Part shown: positions 43,087-55,110 of the stretch, piece after piece | Numbering within the stretch: the first letter of the stretch is position 1 | Layout: each line of letters starts with the position of its first letter | Assembly: GCF_009914755.1 (NCBI RefSeq) | Contig: NC_060934.1 | Strand: one strand, 5' to 3' | DNA from: the human T2T-CHM13v2.0 reference genome, Homo sapiens | DNA: 64,000 bases | Translations under genes and position numbers: made by a program | The notes under the pieces: generated by a model | What the model saw: the letters and a program-made list of their open reading frames with translations, nothing else | Databases searched by the model: none | What the model was told of the DNA's origin: nothing

Positions 43087-44526
43087 GAGTCATGAGCCAA
43101 GGAAGGCAGGCAGTGCCTAGAAACTGGAAAAGGCAAAAACCAGATTCTCCCCTGGAGACTTCTGAAGAAATGCACTTTGCTGGCATTCTCCTTTTAGCCC
43201 TTGAGACCCATTTCATGCTTCTGACTTCCAGAACTATAGGTTGATAAATTCCTGTTGCTGGAACCCATTAAGTTTTTGTTATATTAGCAATGGGAAACAA
43301 ACACAGGGCTGTTGAAACAGGGTTGCTTATAACCTTCGGTGCTGGTTGGGCATACAGATGCCAGGGTTGCCCCTGTTCTTCTGTAAAACGGGTCTACTGA
43401 GTCCTAAGTTTTATGTGCAAGAAGCAATTCCTCTTAATAAGTGGCTTTAGACCAACCGAAGTATTGGAAGGGATTTTGAATAGTTTGGAGGCAGCTAGGG
43501 GCAGTGGGTTTTATACAAGACGAGAGAGAGGACAGGAAGCCACTTCTAGGTCAGTGTTGAGCTGTCCCAGGTACCTGCACATCTCAGCCCAAGTCTGAGG
43601 GCTGCCAGACTTTGAGAACTGGGCAGTGAAGAGGTGAATGCAATAGAGGACTGATATGAGCAATTGAAGACAAATGAATCCATGCAAGGAGCCACGGGAA
43701 ATAACACAATCACTGCCGGGTCATCTCCTTGCATACTGAATGAAGAAAATGGATTGAAACTAAGATTCTGCATTGGAACAAACACCATGCACCAGGTCCA
43801 AAGATGGACTTGCCTGAAATACTTGCCTATTTATGCAAAATTATTCTTAGAATGAGAGGGCGTTTTCTAATTTTCTTAGCCTGACACAGGATCAATAGAA
43901 AACTGAATGTGCCTAATATATTCTTGTTTGCAAAAGGGCAGAACACATCTGTAGGATTACATTGGAAAAGGCAAGTAAAAAAAATAATGTAGACATGAAT
44001 AATATAGCTACGACATTTTAAAAACCATGCGGGGCTGAGAGATGAAGATCCGAACGCAGCTATCAGTGCACGAGGCACCTACACAGAAGTGCAGCAGGTA
44101 GAACGGCCATATGTCTTCGTTTAATTATGGAAAAATCACAAATGGGGGATCGTTGCTTTAGTGAAAGCTGTCGAGAAGAGGAATCGAAAAAGCATCTGCC
44201 GTGGAGATTTTGGGCATGTTTCTGGAAAATGGCCAAAACTGTAAGTGCCTCAAGGTCGTCCTCCTAGCCCAGGTGTCAGTGATAAGCCCAGGGGGATAAG
44301 CCCAGGGGGACCCTATGTTCTTCTGCCCTTGGACCTTCACAGGAAGGCGCCCCCCACAGGACACATGGGATATGTCCGTGACACATGCAGCACAACGCCT
44401 GGAGACACCTTCCTGTAAACACTCAGCACAGTCAGCTCTGGGCTCTGTTTAGTGGTTTCTTTTTGTTTTGTTTTGTTTTTTCAAAATTAAGATTAAAAAT
44501 AGAGCCAATTCTACCATTTTTCTTAA

Positions 44527-44884
<358 letters not shown>

Positions 44885-45259
44885 CAAGATGCTAGCTCTT
44901 AAATGGCCCGTGCAGATAATTCTCAGCTATTCTTCTCATGTTTGGGAAGCAGGACTCAATGACTGCTCCAGGCTCACCTCCCACACCATGGCTGAGGCAG
45001 GCTCTGATGGGGCCTGTCTTCTCTCCCAGCTGTCTTCCCCTGCACTGAGGTTACCAATTGCTAGAGGTGATGAAAGGGAAAATGGTGCAGCCTCTCTGCT
45101 GTGACTTAGGCATGTTTTGAAGTTGCTGCTTGGTGTGAAGGCATTGATGAGAGATCCACAAAGTGCTCTTAGGAGCACCGGGGTGTGACATTGGAAGCTC
45201 TCACAGGACCATGTGCTTCCCCCTATAGAGGGTGATGGAGTTTTAAGAAGGATAAACAC

Positions 45260-45410
45260 CCATTAGAGTTCCGGTCCCACTGTTAGAACTTAAGTCACTC
45301 AGCCCCTCTGAGTTGCAGTTTCCACATATATAAAATGGGTAGAATAATAACACCTGTCTCATAAGGTTGTTGGAAAAGTTACATAAAATAGTACATCAAG
45401 CACCTTCCCA
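45260..45410 (+). mobile_element. MIR
   Basis: CAGTTTCCACATATATAAAATGGG..ATAATAACACCT..AAGGTTGTT. Confidence 0.65.
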
Positions 45411-45565
45411 ACCTACAGGAAGCCCTCAGCAGCTGTGAGTGAGCTATGAGTCCCTCTGTGCATGAGCTTCCAGTCTGAGCTGTATGGCAGCTTCCAGGGT
45501 TCTGCAGCTATCCCAGGTGCAGGTTTAGAAAGCCAGTTTCCTAACCTAAATAATGGAGGAACCTC

Positions 45566-46052
45566 TGATATGGGTTGGCTGTGTCCCCACCCAAATCTCA
45601 TCTTGAATTGTAGCTCCCTATAATCTCCATGTGTCGTCGGAGGGACCGAGTGGGAGGTAATTGAATCAGGGGGCAGGTCTTTCCCATGCTGTTCTCAAGA
45701 CAGTGAATGAGTCTCATGAGATCTGATGGTTTTATAAGGGGTTTCCTCTTTCCCTTGGCTCTCATTCTCTCTTGTCTGCAGCCATGTAAGATGTGCCTTT
45801 TACCTTCCACCGATTGTGAGGCCTCCCCAGCCACATGAAACTGTGACTCCACTAAACCTCTTTTTCTTTATAAATTACCCAGTCTCGGGTATGTCTTCAC
45901 AGCAGTATGAAAATGGACTAATACACAAGGTAAACTCTGGGCCAACTGAAAAGTGATTTGAGCCAAGTGATTGCAAACTTTCCTTTCTTCTTGAAAAGTC
46001 AACTCCAAGCAGGAGACAAAATCAAAACTGGTGTTTTGTACAGACTAATACA
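45566..46052 (+). mobile_element. THE1 solo LTR (45566-45925) with duplicated terminal 10 bp (46043-46052) enclosing a templated insertion
   Basis: TGATATGG..GACTAATACA; a second GACTAATACA is followed by ATCTC, close to the left TSD ACCTC. Confidence 0.88.
45926..46046 (+). repeat. Direct copy of 53547-53667
   Basis: Ungapped alignment 103/121 identical, 90/100 over the first 100 bp. Confidence 0.92.
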
Positions 46053-46141
46053 ATCTCTAAATTCTGTGCTGGTGTTTTCAGGCTGGGGTGGGGCGTCTTC
46101 AGCCTCCATGAAGCCTCTGTTTAAGCTCTGTATTTTTTTGT

Positions 46142-46402
46142 TTTTACCTCCTTTATGAGGCTCTTTCAGGGAGAGGAAAGGCAATTTCCTGGCATGCGTG
46201 ATGGACCCGCCTCTCCTATGGTTTAATTTTTTCTCAATCTTTCCTCATGGGTGTTTTTACCTCTCTTAAAATCATACCTGCCTGGCTGCGCCTTGCTGAT
46301 TATTTTAATGTTATTCTAGATGTGCTGTAGGCTATGACATCACCTTTGTCTAATACAAAAATGCAGCAATACTCTTTTTCTTACTTCCCATGCTTTCCTA
46401 GA
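46142..46402 (+). repeat. About 260-bp dispersed duplicate of 47378-47928 (second copy interrupted by an Alu)
   Basis: Colinear blocks CAGGGAGAGGAAAGGCA, TCTTAAAATCATA.CTGCCTGGCTG.GCCTTGCTGATT, TTTGTCTAATACA; about 80% identity by eye. Confidence 0.85.
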
Positions 46403-47486
46403 CCCATCCTGATCTGTGCTTCCCAGATTGTGAGCCACAGATTCTGGAGTATGCATGAGGTTCCAGCACGAGATGCCTTGTCCATGTCCTCTCCAGTCAA
46501 GTAGACAGCAGGCTTTACACAGAGTTTCCCATCAGTGCCCCGATATTTAACTGGGTTCATAGCGTGTGTCTCCAGGACTGCCATGCCAGGTGTGAAGAAC
46601 AGAAAGATGAAGAAGACACAGCCTCTCGGTGGAGACACACGTACACTTGGACACATGAGAGGATGTGTTGGGTGCAAGGCGTTGAATTTAAGGGAGCTCC
46701 CAGCAGGGAAGCCAGAGGGAAGGGAAAGGGGTGGGACCTCCCGGAGCTGCGGGCTGCAGAGGCTCTTCCAGAATGAGAAAGCCTGGCCCAGGGGCGTGGC
46801 CAGGAAGAGTAGAACATCCCTGCAGGCCAAGGGAGCAGCAAGATAATTATGCAAAGTTAATGAACTTTACAGGTGGCTTTGCTTAGCCAGGAATGGGCTG
46901 AGACCCGGAGTTTTAATGGATTAAATGTTTCTGTTATCAGTGAACTTTCAAAAAAACAAGGAAACAAATGCATGGTTTTCTATTGTTCTATATCGTGAGC
47001 TACTCCAGAAAAAAAAAAAAAAAAAAAGGTAAATTTAAAAGCGAAAATGAAAGGTTTCCTATTTTGGCCTCTGGGAATTTTGCTATCCTTGTCCACAAAG
47101 GGAGTGTAAATCCACAAATGTGATTTTCAACACCACTGCAAGGTGCCATTTCGTGTAATGCTTTTCAATAGTTAATCCCTGCCCCCTGCCCCCCGCCCCA
47201 CCACCACACACACACCAGCTAGAAACCAAGGGATCTGCGTGACAGACCCCTTGCCCTGCTGGCATCTAATAGAGGAACGGGAGGCTCCTGTGGAGACCTG
47301 GTCCTCCTCACGGCTTTCTCCCTTCAATTCAGCCCCTTCCACGCACCTCCACGAATGCTCGCAGAATGAAACTGGAGTTTTACCTCCTTCTTGAAGCTCT
47401 TCCAGGGAGAGGAAAGGCAGTTTCCCGGCACCCACAATGAACATGGCTCCCATGGTTCAATTTTTTCTTCATCTTTACTCAAGGTG

Positions 47487-47775
47487 TTTTTTTTTTTTTT
47501 TAGAGGCAGAGTCTGGCTCAGGCTGGAGTGCAGTGGTGCTATCTCGGCTCACTGCAAGCTCCTCCTCCTGGGTTCATGCGATTCTCCTGCCTCAGCCTCC
47601 TGAGTAGCTGGGACTACAGGCGCCCGCCACCACGCCCGGTTAATTTTTTGTATTTTTAGTAGAGACGGGGTTTCATCATGTTAGCCAGGATGGTCTCGAT
47701 CTCCTGACCTCATGATCCGCCTGCCTCGGCCTCCCAAAGTGCTGGGATTACAGGCGTGAGCCACCGTGCCCGGCC
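47487..47775 (-). mobile_element. AluY/Sc-like
   Basis: GGCGCCCGCCACCACGCCCGG, TTAGCCAGGATGGTCTCGATCTCC; GTGTTTT flanks both ends. Confidence 0.94.
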
Positions 47776-49516
47776 TGGTGTGTTTTTACCTTTCTTAAAA
47801 TCATAGCTGCCTGGCTGTGCCTTGCTGATTTTTTAACGTCATTCTAGACGTGCTATAGACCATGATGTCACTTTTGTCTAATACAGTAACACAACAATAC
47901 TCTTTGATTACTCCCATTACTACCTAGAAGAATATCTTGCTCCCAACTCACAGGCGGCCACAGTTTTGTGGGCCTGGAACCAGAGCCTCTGCTCCACAAA
48001 GGCAGGTTGGGCTTCAGGAGGAAAGGCTCTTGTCCAGGTGGTAGATTGATTTGATTCACCCAGAAGTGAAATGCGCCTCCATCCTGGGTCTTTCCTGGAA
48101 AATATTACTGAGACTTTAGGAGGGAAGGAACAAAACGCCCTTTGAAGTGTGAGAGAGAGATCAAAGATGCGCCTTGAGAGCTGACTGTGCAGGGTTCTCC
48201 AGCAGAGCACGGGGAGAGGGAGGCTTGTGGGACAAACCTGTCCTTGTCTGCAGCGTCAGCCGGCCCCCAGCCAGCCCACAGCCAGCTCCCCAGTGAAGCC
48301 TCTGCCTGGAGAGGCTTCCAATTACCAATGCACCTTCTGCCCTCTGACCCGGCCTTCTGAAAGGAGCATTTGTTTCTTGCCTGAGCTGGTGCAGTAGCCA
48401 ATTGAGGGCAAAGTCATGTGGAGCCATGCACAGGGCGAAAGCCATTATGCTGGGTCTGTCTCACCAACTGGTCAAAAAGGAATGTTCCTGGTGGATTTTT
48501 TTCCCCTAAATATACATATATATTGTTTGGAACCCCATCAGGAGTGATTATTTTTGAAAGCAGTTAGTTCTCCCTGCTGCGGTGCTTAGTAGTGATTTGC
48601 CATTATACTTGCTTTGTGTCAGGAGCTAAAGTAAAAAGTGCCCTGAAAACAGCTGTTTGTACATCACGTGAGACTTTAATAAGAAACTCACGGGCATGAG
48701 ATGCAGGCTGGCGGTGTGCGAGGCTTTGTGGTTCTGTCTTCAATTACGGGAAACATCTATGGTGAGGTCATTAACAGGAAAAGGACTTCAAACACAAACA
48801 AAAAGTATAGAAGAATTAAAAAGGAAAAGCATTTTTAACAAAGGATTAAAAGATGCAGGGACCTATGCGTTCAAAGGAGTGCAGGGGCGCGTGTCGCCTG
48901 CAGTCTGTGAGCAGCCACGTGGGGAGATCCCGTGATTGGCCGGTGCGGGGGCCAGGACACGGAGGACCCACAGCAGCGCAGGGGTTCTGGGACTTGGTGG
49001 GGACTCTGAAGCCCTGAAGCTGCACACAGCTTGGGGAGGGCTCTGGGAAGGAGAGCTGGCCCTGCCCTGCGTAAGAAATTCGATGTGGGAGAAACCGAAG
49101 GGTAGGGGACAGTCCGTGGCTGCTGCATCCAGCATTCGCTTAGCAGAATCGAGAAGTGACCAGTGGTGCCTTCCGGCTGGAGAGCAACAGATGCATTTCG
49201 GCAACACTGACAAAGAAAAATCCGGGGCATGAATGCCCACTTTTCTGCCGCCTCCTAGTTTTAGTAAGCTTCCTGTACTTATTAGAAAATGAAACACAAG
49301 CTTATTTCAAGTGGCCATTTCACTCGTTTCTGAGTGGTCCCGACCACATCATCTTGATCTTAAGTTATTATGCTTTTGCACCCGGAGGGGTAATTGTCAC
49401 CCCAGAGCGTCCGTCTGTTTTTCTCTTAGTAACAGACCTTGCCCTCTCAGCGCCACCCCCTCCACTCCACACTTCTGGATGCTGGCAGGTAGATCTGGGT
49501 AGGAGCTCGTGGCTTC

Positions 49517-49868
49517 TGATATGGTTTGGACGTGTCCCCACCCAAATCTCATCTCCAATTGTACTGCCATAATTCCCACATGTTGTGGGAGGGACCCGGT
49601 GGGAGAGAATTTGAATCATGGGGTGGTTTCCCCCATTCTGTTCTCATGATAGTGAATAAGTCTTATGAGATCTGATGGGTTTGTCAGGGGTTTCTGCTTT
49701 TGCATCTTCCTCATTTTCTCTTGCCACCACCATGTAAGAAGTGCCTTTTGATCCTGCTGTGGTTCAGGGGCCTCCCCAGCCACATGGAACTGTAAGTCCA
49801 ATTAAACCTCTTTTTTTGTCCCAGTCTTGGGTATGTCTTTATCAGCAAAGTGAAAACGGACGAATACA
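49517..49868 (+). mobile_element. THE1 (A/B-like) solo LTR
   Basis: TGATATGGTTTGG..CCCAAATCTCATC..GAAAACGGACGAATACA. Confidence 0.92.
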
Positions 49869-51100
49869 AATGCTTTCTAGATGAAGGAGCAAGGTCAGAG
49901 CTCAGGGAGTCTCCACACGCCTTTATGTTTTCCTTCCTCTGGCTGCAGACTGGGTCACGGGCTTGGTGGTGGGGGCAGATTTGACTTTGCAAAGCAGAAA
50001 AGACATCCTGCAGGAGGTGGGGCAACCATAGGGTAGGGGCCGAGGTCTCAGGGTGACCTCCAGGAGCAGTCCCTCCACAACCTGGGCCGCCTCTGGACTG
50101 CTATGGGAGGGGGCGTAGACTGCTCTCTCCTGTGAGCCTCTGTGTCCACTTAGCCAGGGCTCCTCCTAACACGGTGGTTGTCTCCATGAAATTCCTTTGA
50201 TATGAGATCAGAGATAGCCAAGTTCCTAGATTTGACCCATTAGAGAAAGTTGTATCACTTGGCTTGTAATCTATGAGAAGTCTTTCTGATTTAAGTTTGT
50301 ATGACTACCTTCTAATTTCATATATTTGTGAAGAAAGCCGGGGAGTCTCTTGGTGTTAAATCTTTTGTGGTACATTTCAAAGGATCATGACTGAGGCGTT
50401 GAGTAACATATTCAAAATACAAAAAAAGTAGGCATTTTTATAAATGAATGTCTTTTGCCTTAAAAACAAATCCCTGTCCCATCTTTTTTTAAAGATGAGG
50501 TTACCTTTGTTGACATTTCATCCGCTTTAATTCCCAACAAAGTTGCTGAAGGTAAAGGATAATTATTTTTATTTTTTACATGAGAGAATAGGAGCCTTCC
50601 AACATATTTTTTCTAGTAGAAAGAGAAAATTGGCACTGAATAAACAAGAAGAAATGATATTAGTGGCAGAAATTAAAAACTAAACTCAGTGTTTACAGTG
50701 GCATGGTGAGATGGTGATGAGAGCCTGGGTTGGAGATGTTCAAGGTGTCCCAGGCAAGTGAATGCCCAGCCCGTGACTCGCAGGAGGATGGCTTATTGTA
50801 CTGGATGCTTGCCTTGGATATTGACCTAGCAAGAGGCAGCAGGGCTCACTGTTAGGAAAACAGAAAATAGAAATGAAAAATATCCTGTATTCCTGCATTA
50901 CTCACGTGATTTTAACCTGGCTGGTGTCTTCAGGAACCTTTAGATTTGAGCTCATTTAGGGAATAATCTCTGATTCGGTCTCTTAAGCTTCCTTTCTTGA
51001 GTTTATCTGCTCTCATTCTGTTTGAAATCATTGTTCTAAATTATCTTGTGCATTTTCCTCTTCCTGTCTTCGATTAAATGCTTGCATCCTGGAGCTTAAC

Positions 51101-51214
51101 CCCTTCATCGTTACCGTATTTCACCCTTCATCGTTACCGTGTTTCACCCTTCATCGTTACCGTATTTCACCCTTCATCGTTACCGTGTTTCACCCTTCAT
51201 CATTACCATATTTC
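51101..51214. repeat. 23-bp minisatellite, about 5 copies
   Basis: CCCTTCATCGTTACCGT(A/G)TTTCA. Confidence 0.96.
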
Positions 51215-51595
51215 GCTACTTCCGAGAGGCATCATTCCGTTGGCTTTTTCATTATTTCTCTTTGTTCACCACAATGTAACTACTTTAAACACAAGTGATG
51301 GTGATCGTTCTCAAACCATTTGGAATTTCCTTATAAAGGAAAATGTCGTGAAAATAATGTATTTTTTTATTACTAAAACAAACATATATGTCATGTATTG
51401 TCTTTCCCATTTCTAACAATCTTACAATTCTATTGCGAGAAGATGTCAAGTTTTTCCGGTGTGATTTGTCCCATCCATGTCCATAAATATCAGGGGCTGC
51501 CCCCATAGCAGTTTCCATGTTTCCCAGCCATGCCCAGTGAAAGGCTGAGGGTGACATTCCAGGCTGGGCACAGAGTAAAGGGGTTTAATTTAAAT

Positions 51596-51663
51596 CATCC
51601 CCAGCAATATTGTATCTGCAGAGCAGAACATCCCCAGCAATATTGCATCTACAGAGCAGAACA
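51596..51663. repeat. 33-bp tandem duplication (2 mismatches)
   Basis: CATCCCCAGCAATATTG(T/C)ATCT(G/A)CAGAGCAGAA twice. Confidence 0.92.
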
Positions 51664-51737
51664 GCAACACGTCTTCCAGGGCCTGTTCTAGGCTTTTCTT
51701 CTTGAGATACCTGCTCTTGTCTCCCGGGCAGCATGAG

Positions 51738-52043
<306 letters not shown>

Positions 52044-52169
52044 CAAGTTTTCTTTAAGGACATTAATAGATGACTCTCAGCCTGTCTCTTTTGCATTTTA
52101 AGTTGATATAATTACTGCACGAGTTCTGTTAGTGACCTTCTCATGGCTCACTTCGACTATATCTGGAAC

Positions 52170-52335
52170 TCAGGAGAGCCTGCCTTCATGTATTTGTATT
52201 AATTCACTTGCTAACTGTGTAATTTTGAGAAGGTTCTCCCATTTCTACAATGGAGAAGATGCTACCTTCCTAAAAGAAGTGAATTAGATAATGCATATGA
52301 AATTTCCTCACCCACGTGACATGCTCACAAATATT
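52170..52335 (+). mobile_element. MIR
   Basis: CACTTGCTAACTGTGTAA..GAATTAGATAATGCATATGAAA..TGCTCACAAATATTA. Confidence 0.55.
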
Positions 52336-54599
52336 ATTCTACCTTCTTTGGGATGGTGTGAGTTTGCTATTGGTAGTTTTGGTGGAAGATCCACTGTGGC
52401 AAAATGGCGAGAGAGCCTGAGCTTTGGTGCTAGATATCTAGCCCTACTAGAGTGCTCCTCTTCCATGTTTTCCAGCATAAGACTTATTTGCAGAAAGCTG
52501 TATGTGGAATGTTGTCATTTCGCCTGACTCTCAGTAAAAGTAGCCATAACTTGCAGCTACTGATATCTAAGTCATCAAATGGTGCTTTTCTTTATGAGAG
52601 ATATTCAGAGCTAGAACTCTCTAGTGTGTTTTATAATCATCATTCTTGAGAAATTCCCAGGTGAAATGGCTGAAAACCAGATGCGAGTCATAGAAAAATT
52701 ACCACAGTGACGCCAAACTCAAGGCCTCTTCCGTGGAATGCCTCGCCTTGGGCAGTCTACATCTTCCACTCACCCTCCTTTCAGTCTTCTGCGTCTGCCA
52801 TGTTACTATCCACTAGACTAATGCTTGATTATCCTTAGCATCGAGGTAGGTGCCCCGTGGTGAATAAGGCCATGCCTCCCCATCTCACGGCCTCTTTTGA
52901 AACACAGGGCAGCACACGAAAACACAATGCACGTAAGGACACACAATCAATGTCAGCCTCGCAAATGATTAATTGTTGTACTGAATGCCAAAGAACCAAT
53001 ACAGCACTCTGATGCTATGAAAGAAATGAACTGTTGTGCTGTTAGCAGACAGAGGGCTCTCTAAAATATCCAGGAGCTGACCCAGTAAGGACGCAGGACC
53101 ACGTAGACAGCACATCACACCACTCCAGAGGTGCTTTTGGATGGATGAGAAATAAAAAATAATCAATGCTGAATTCACTAAAAACAATGCAAGAAATATT
53201 ACTGAAGTAATAATTGATTGATAAGTAGAACAAAAGAAGAAATACATGCCATGATTAATTTCTAATATTTTGGTTGAATCAGATACTTCCATTAAGCTAG
53301 GGAAAGTTTGTTTATTAAAGGGTCTTTGTGAGTCTGAGAGACTCTGCAAAGTTCAACTCTAGAGTTGGAGGCCTGAGATTTTGTAACTGACTCATCCAAC
53401 CCATTAGAAAACCCAAGGCCACACAAACAGCAAAGGACAGGGGCTGGATACTAATAAGAATCACAGAACACCGAGGGCATTAAGGAAGAGGAGTAACAGT
53501 AAGTGAAACCCATCCAGCACTTATGGGCTCCATAAACTTGAGAAAACAAGGTAAACTCTGGGTCAACTGAAAAATGGGTTGAGCCAAGTGATTGCAAAGT
53601 TTCCTTTCTGCTTGAAAAGTTGACTTCAAGCAGGAGACAAAATTAAAAATGGAGTCTATATTAGACTGTATAAGATGGTGAAGTGATGGGTAAAAAAAGC
53701 ATTTAAAGCAATTCAAAATGGGCTTCCTTTTAATAATTCAATTAGGTTCACCCAACAATGTTACCGTTTTAAAAATGATTTATTCCTTCACTTTCTTATG
53801 AAATATGTCTCTGGAAGAAAACAGATACTCTCTTACTCTGTTAGGCATCTGGAGCTATTCTGGGCGTACCATTTATCTATAAAATTTTATAAATAAAGAG
53901 AATATGTTACCCTTGATGCCATTAATCTTCTAAATAAATTGGACTTTATTGTGTGTGATTTTCCTGGTGACTGAGCTGTTTATTTTTCTTTGGTGTTTGT
54001 ATTAGACATTTCGGATGCCTACATGATAAGGTGTCCTATGAATAGTGCTTTATTGCAGAAGACCCATTTCTTCAAGCATAAAACTTCTGGACATTGTACT
54101 TACATAGTGGCAAGTGTAGAGATTGATCAGCATTGAAGCGTCTTTTCTGTGAAATATTGTATCATGGAGATAATACTGTGCTGTGGAAATCCCACTCCAG
54201 AGTGGCAGGGAAATGAATGAAAAGAAAGAGGGCGCTGCCCTGTTACCTGCAAATAGCAATTTGTCATGCATGCATCCATTGACTGCGGAGCTTTAGTCTT
54301 CAGAGGCACTTTCCCTCTTTTGTATGATATATTTGGAATCAACGAAGATTGGGACAAACCCTATCAAATAGTAGAAGTATTTTTGTGTGGGTTATGAAAA
54401 CATGGCTGATAATCCGCCCATCTCTCTCCTTTAAAGAATCCTACCGTCTGCACGGAGATTCACCGGGGGAGACAGACGATCACTCAGTGCCACCCTCCGA
54501 GTCCCGTCCTTCCATGCCCACCTACACGCCAAACGCTGGGGTGGAGAGACACAGTCAGCCCATGGCTGCCTGTTCCTCATACCCTGCCAGCTACCACAG

Positions 54600-55110
54600 C
54601 TGGCTGACTTGTTTTTAAATTTAAGGAAGCGCTCTGACTTCTGCATTGAGAATGGACTGATCAGCTACGGGGTAGAAGCAGAAAAACTAACTAGAAGACC
54701 ACTGCAGTAACTCTGGCGGCAACGGGAAGGCGCGCTGGGATCTGGGTATGTGTGGGATTTGCTCATGCCTCAGATGGAGGTGTCGGAGACAGAGTCACCA
54801 TCGACTCCATATCTCTGTCCTGAGTATCTGCAAGGATGGACTTGCCATTGGTACAAGTGGGGACGGCTGGAAGGTGTGCAGTGTGGCAGCGAACGGTCAT
54901 TAGCTTGGGATTCTGAGATGCAAGTGGACCACCTGGGACTGTGAAATCAGTGGTCTGATGTGTGACCTGGAATGTAGGAGAGAGGTCTAAAAGAGAAATG
55001 TAAGTTTGACAGACGATTTTAAGCCATGAGATTGGATCCCATCACCCAGGGAGGGGCCTTTGTGACAAATGAGAAGAGGGCCCCAGGTCCTGAGCCTGCC
55101 ACTCTAAAGG
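54600..55110 (-). mobile_element. L2 (L2a-like) fragment
   Basis: CTCTGACTTCTG..GAGAATGGACTG; TTAAGCCATGAGATTGGAT..ATCACCCAGGGAG..GAGAAGAGGGCCC. Confidence 0.7.

Larger units (their letters stand above)
39463..43305 (+). mobile_element. MLT1D MaLR provirus: 5' LTR (39463-40648, split by L1PB), internal region (40649-42177), 3' LTR (42178-43305, split by an ERV1 LTR)
   Basis: Two MLT1D-type LTRs (AAGATG(T/C)CCA..AATCCC..GAACCT; GGAAACTAATACA-like ends) flank MaLR-int motifs (TTTTGG..GAAGTGG..GCTGTTGTAAC; GAATGTATTTTGCATG..GACTGTGG). Confidence 0.82.

Noticed and set aside
51101-51214. CRISPR-like regular repeats (also 62491-62765)
   Set aside because: Head-to-tail units with no unique spacers, no cas genes, primate context
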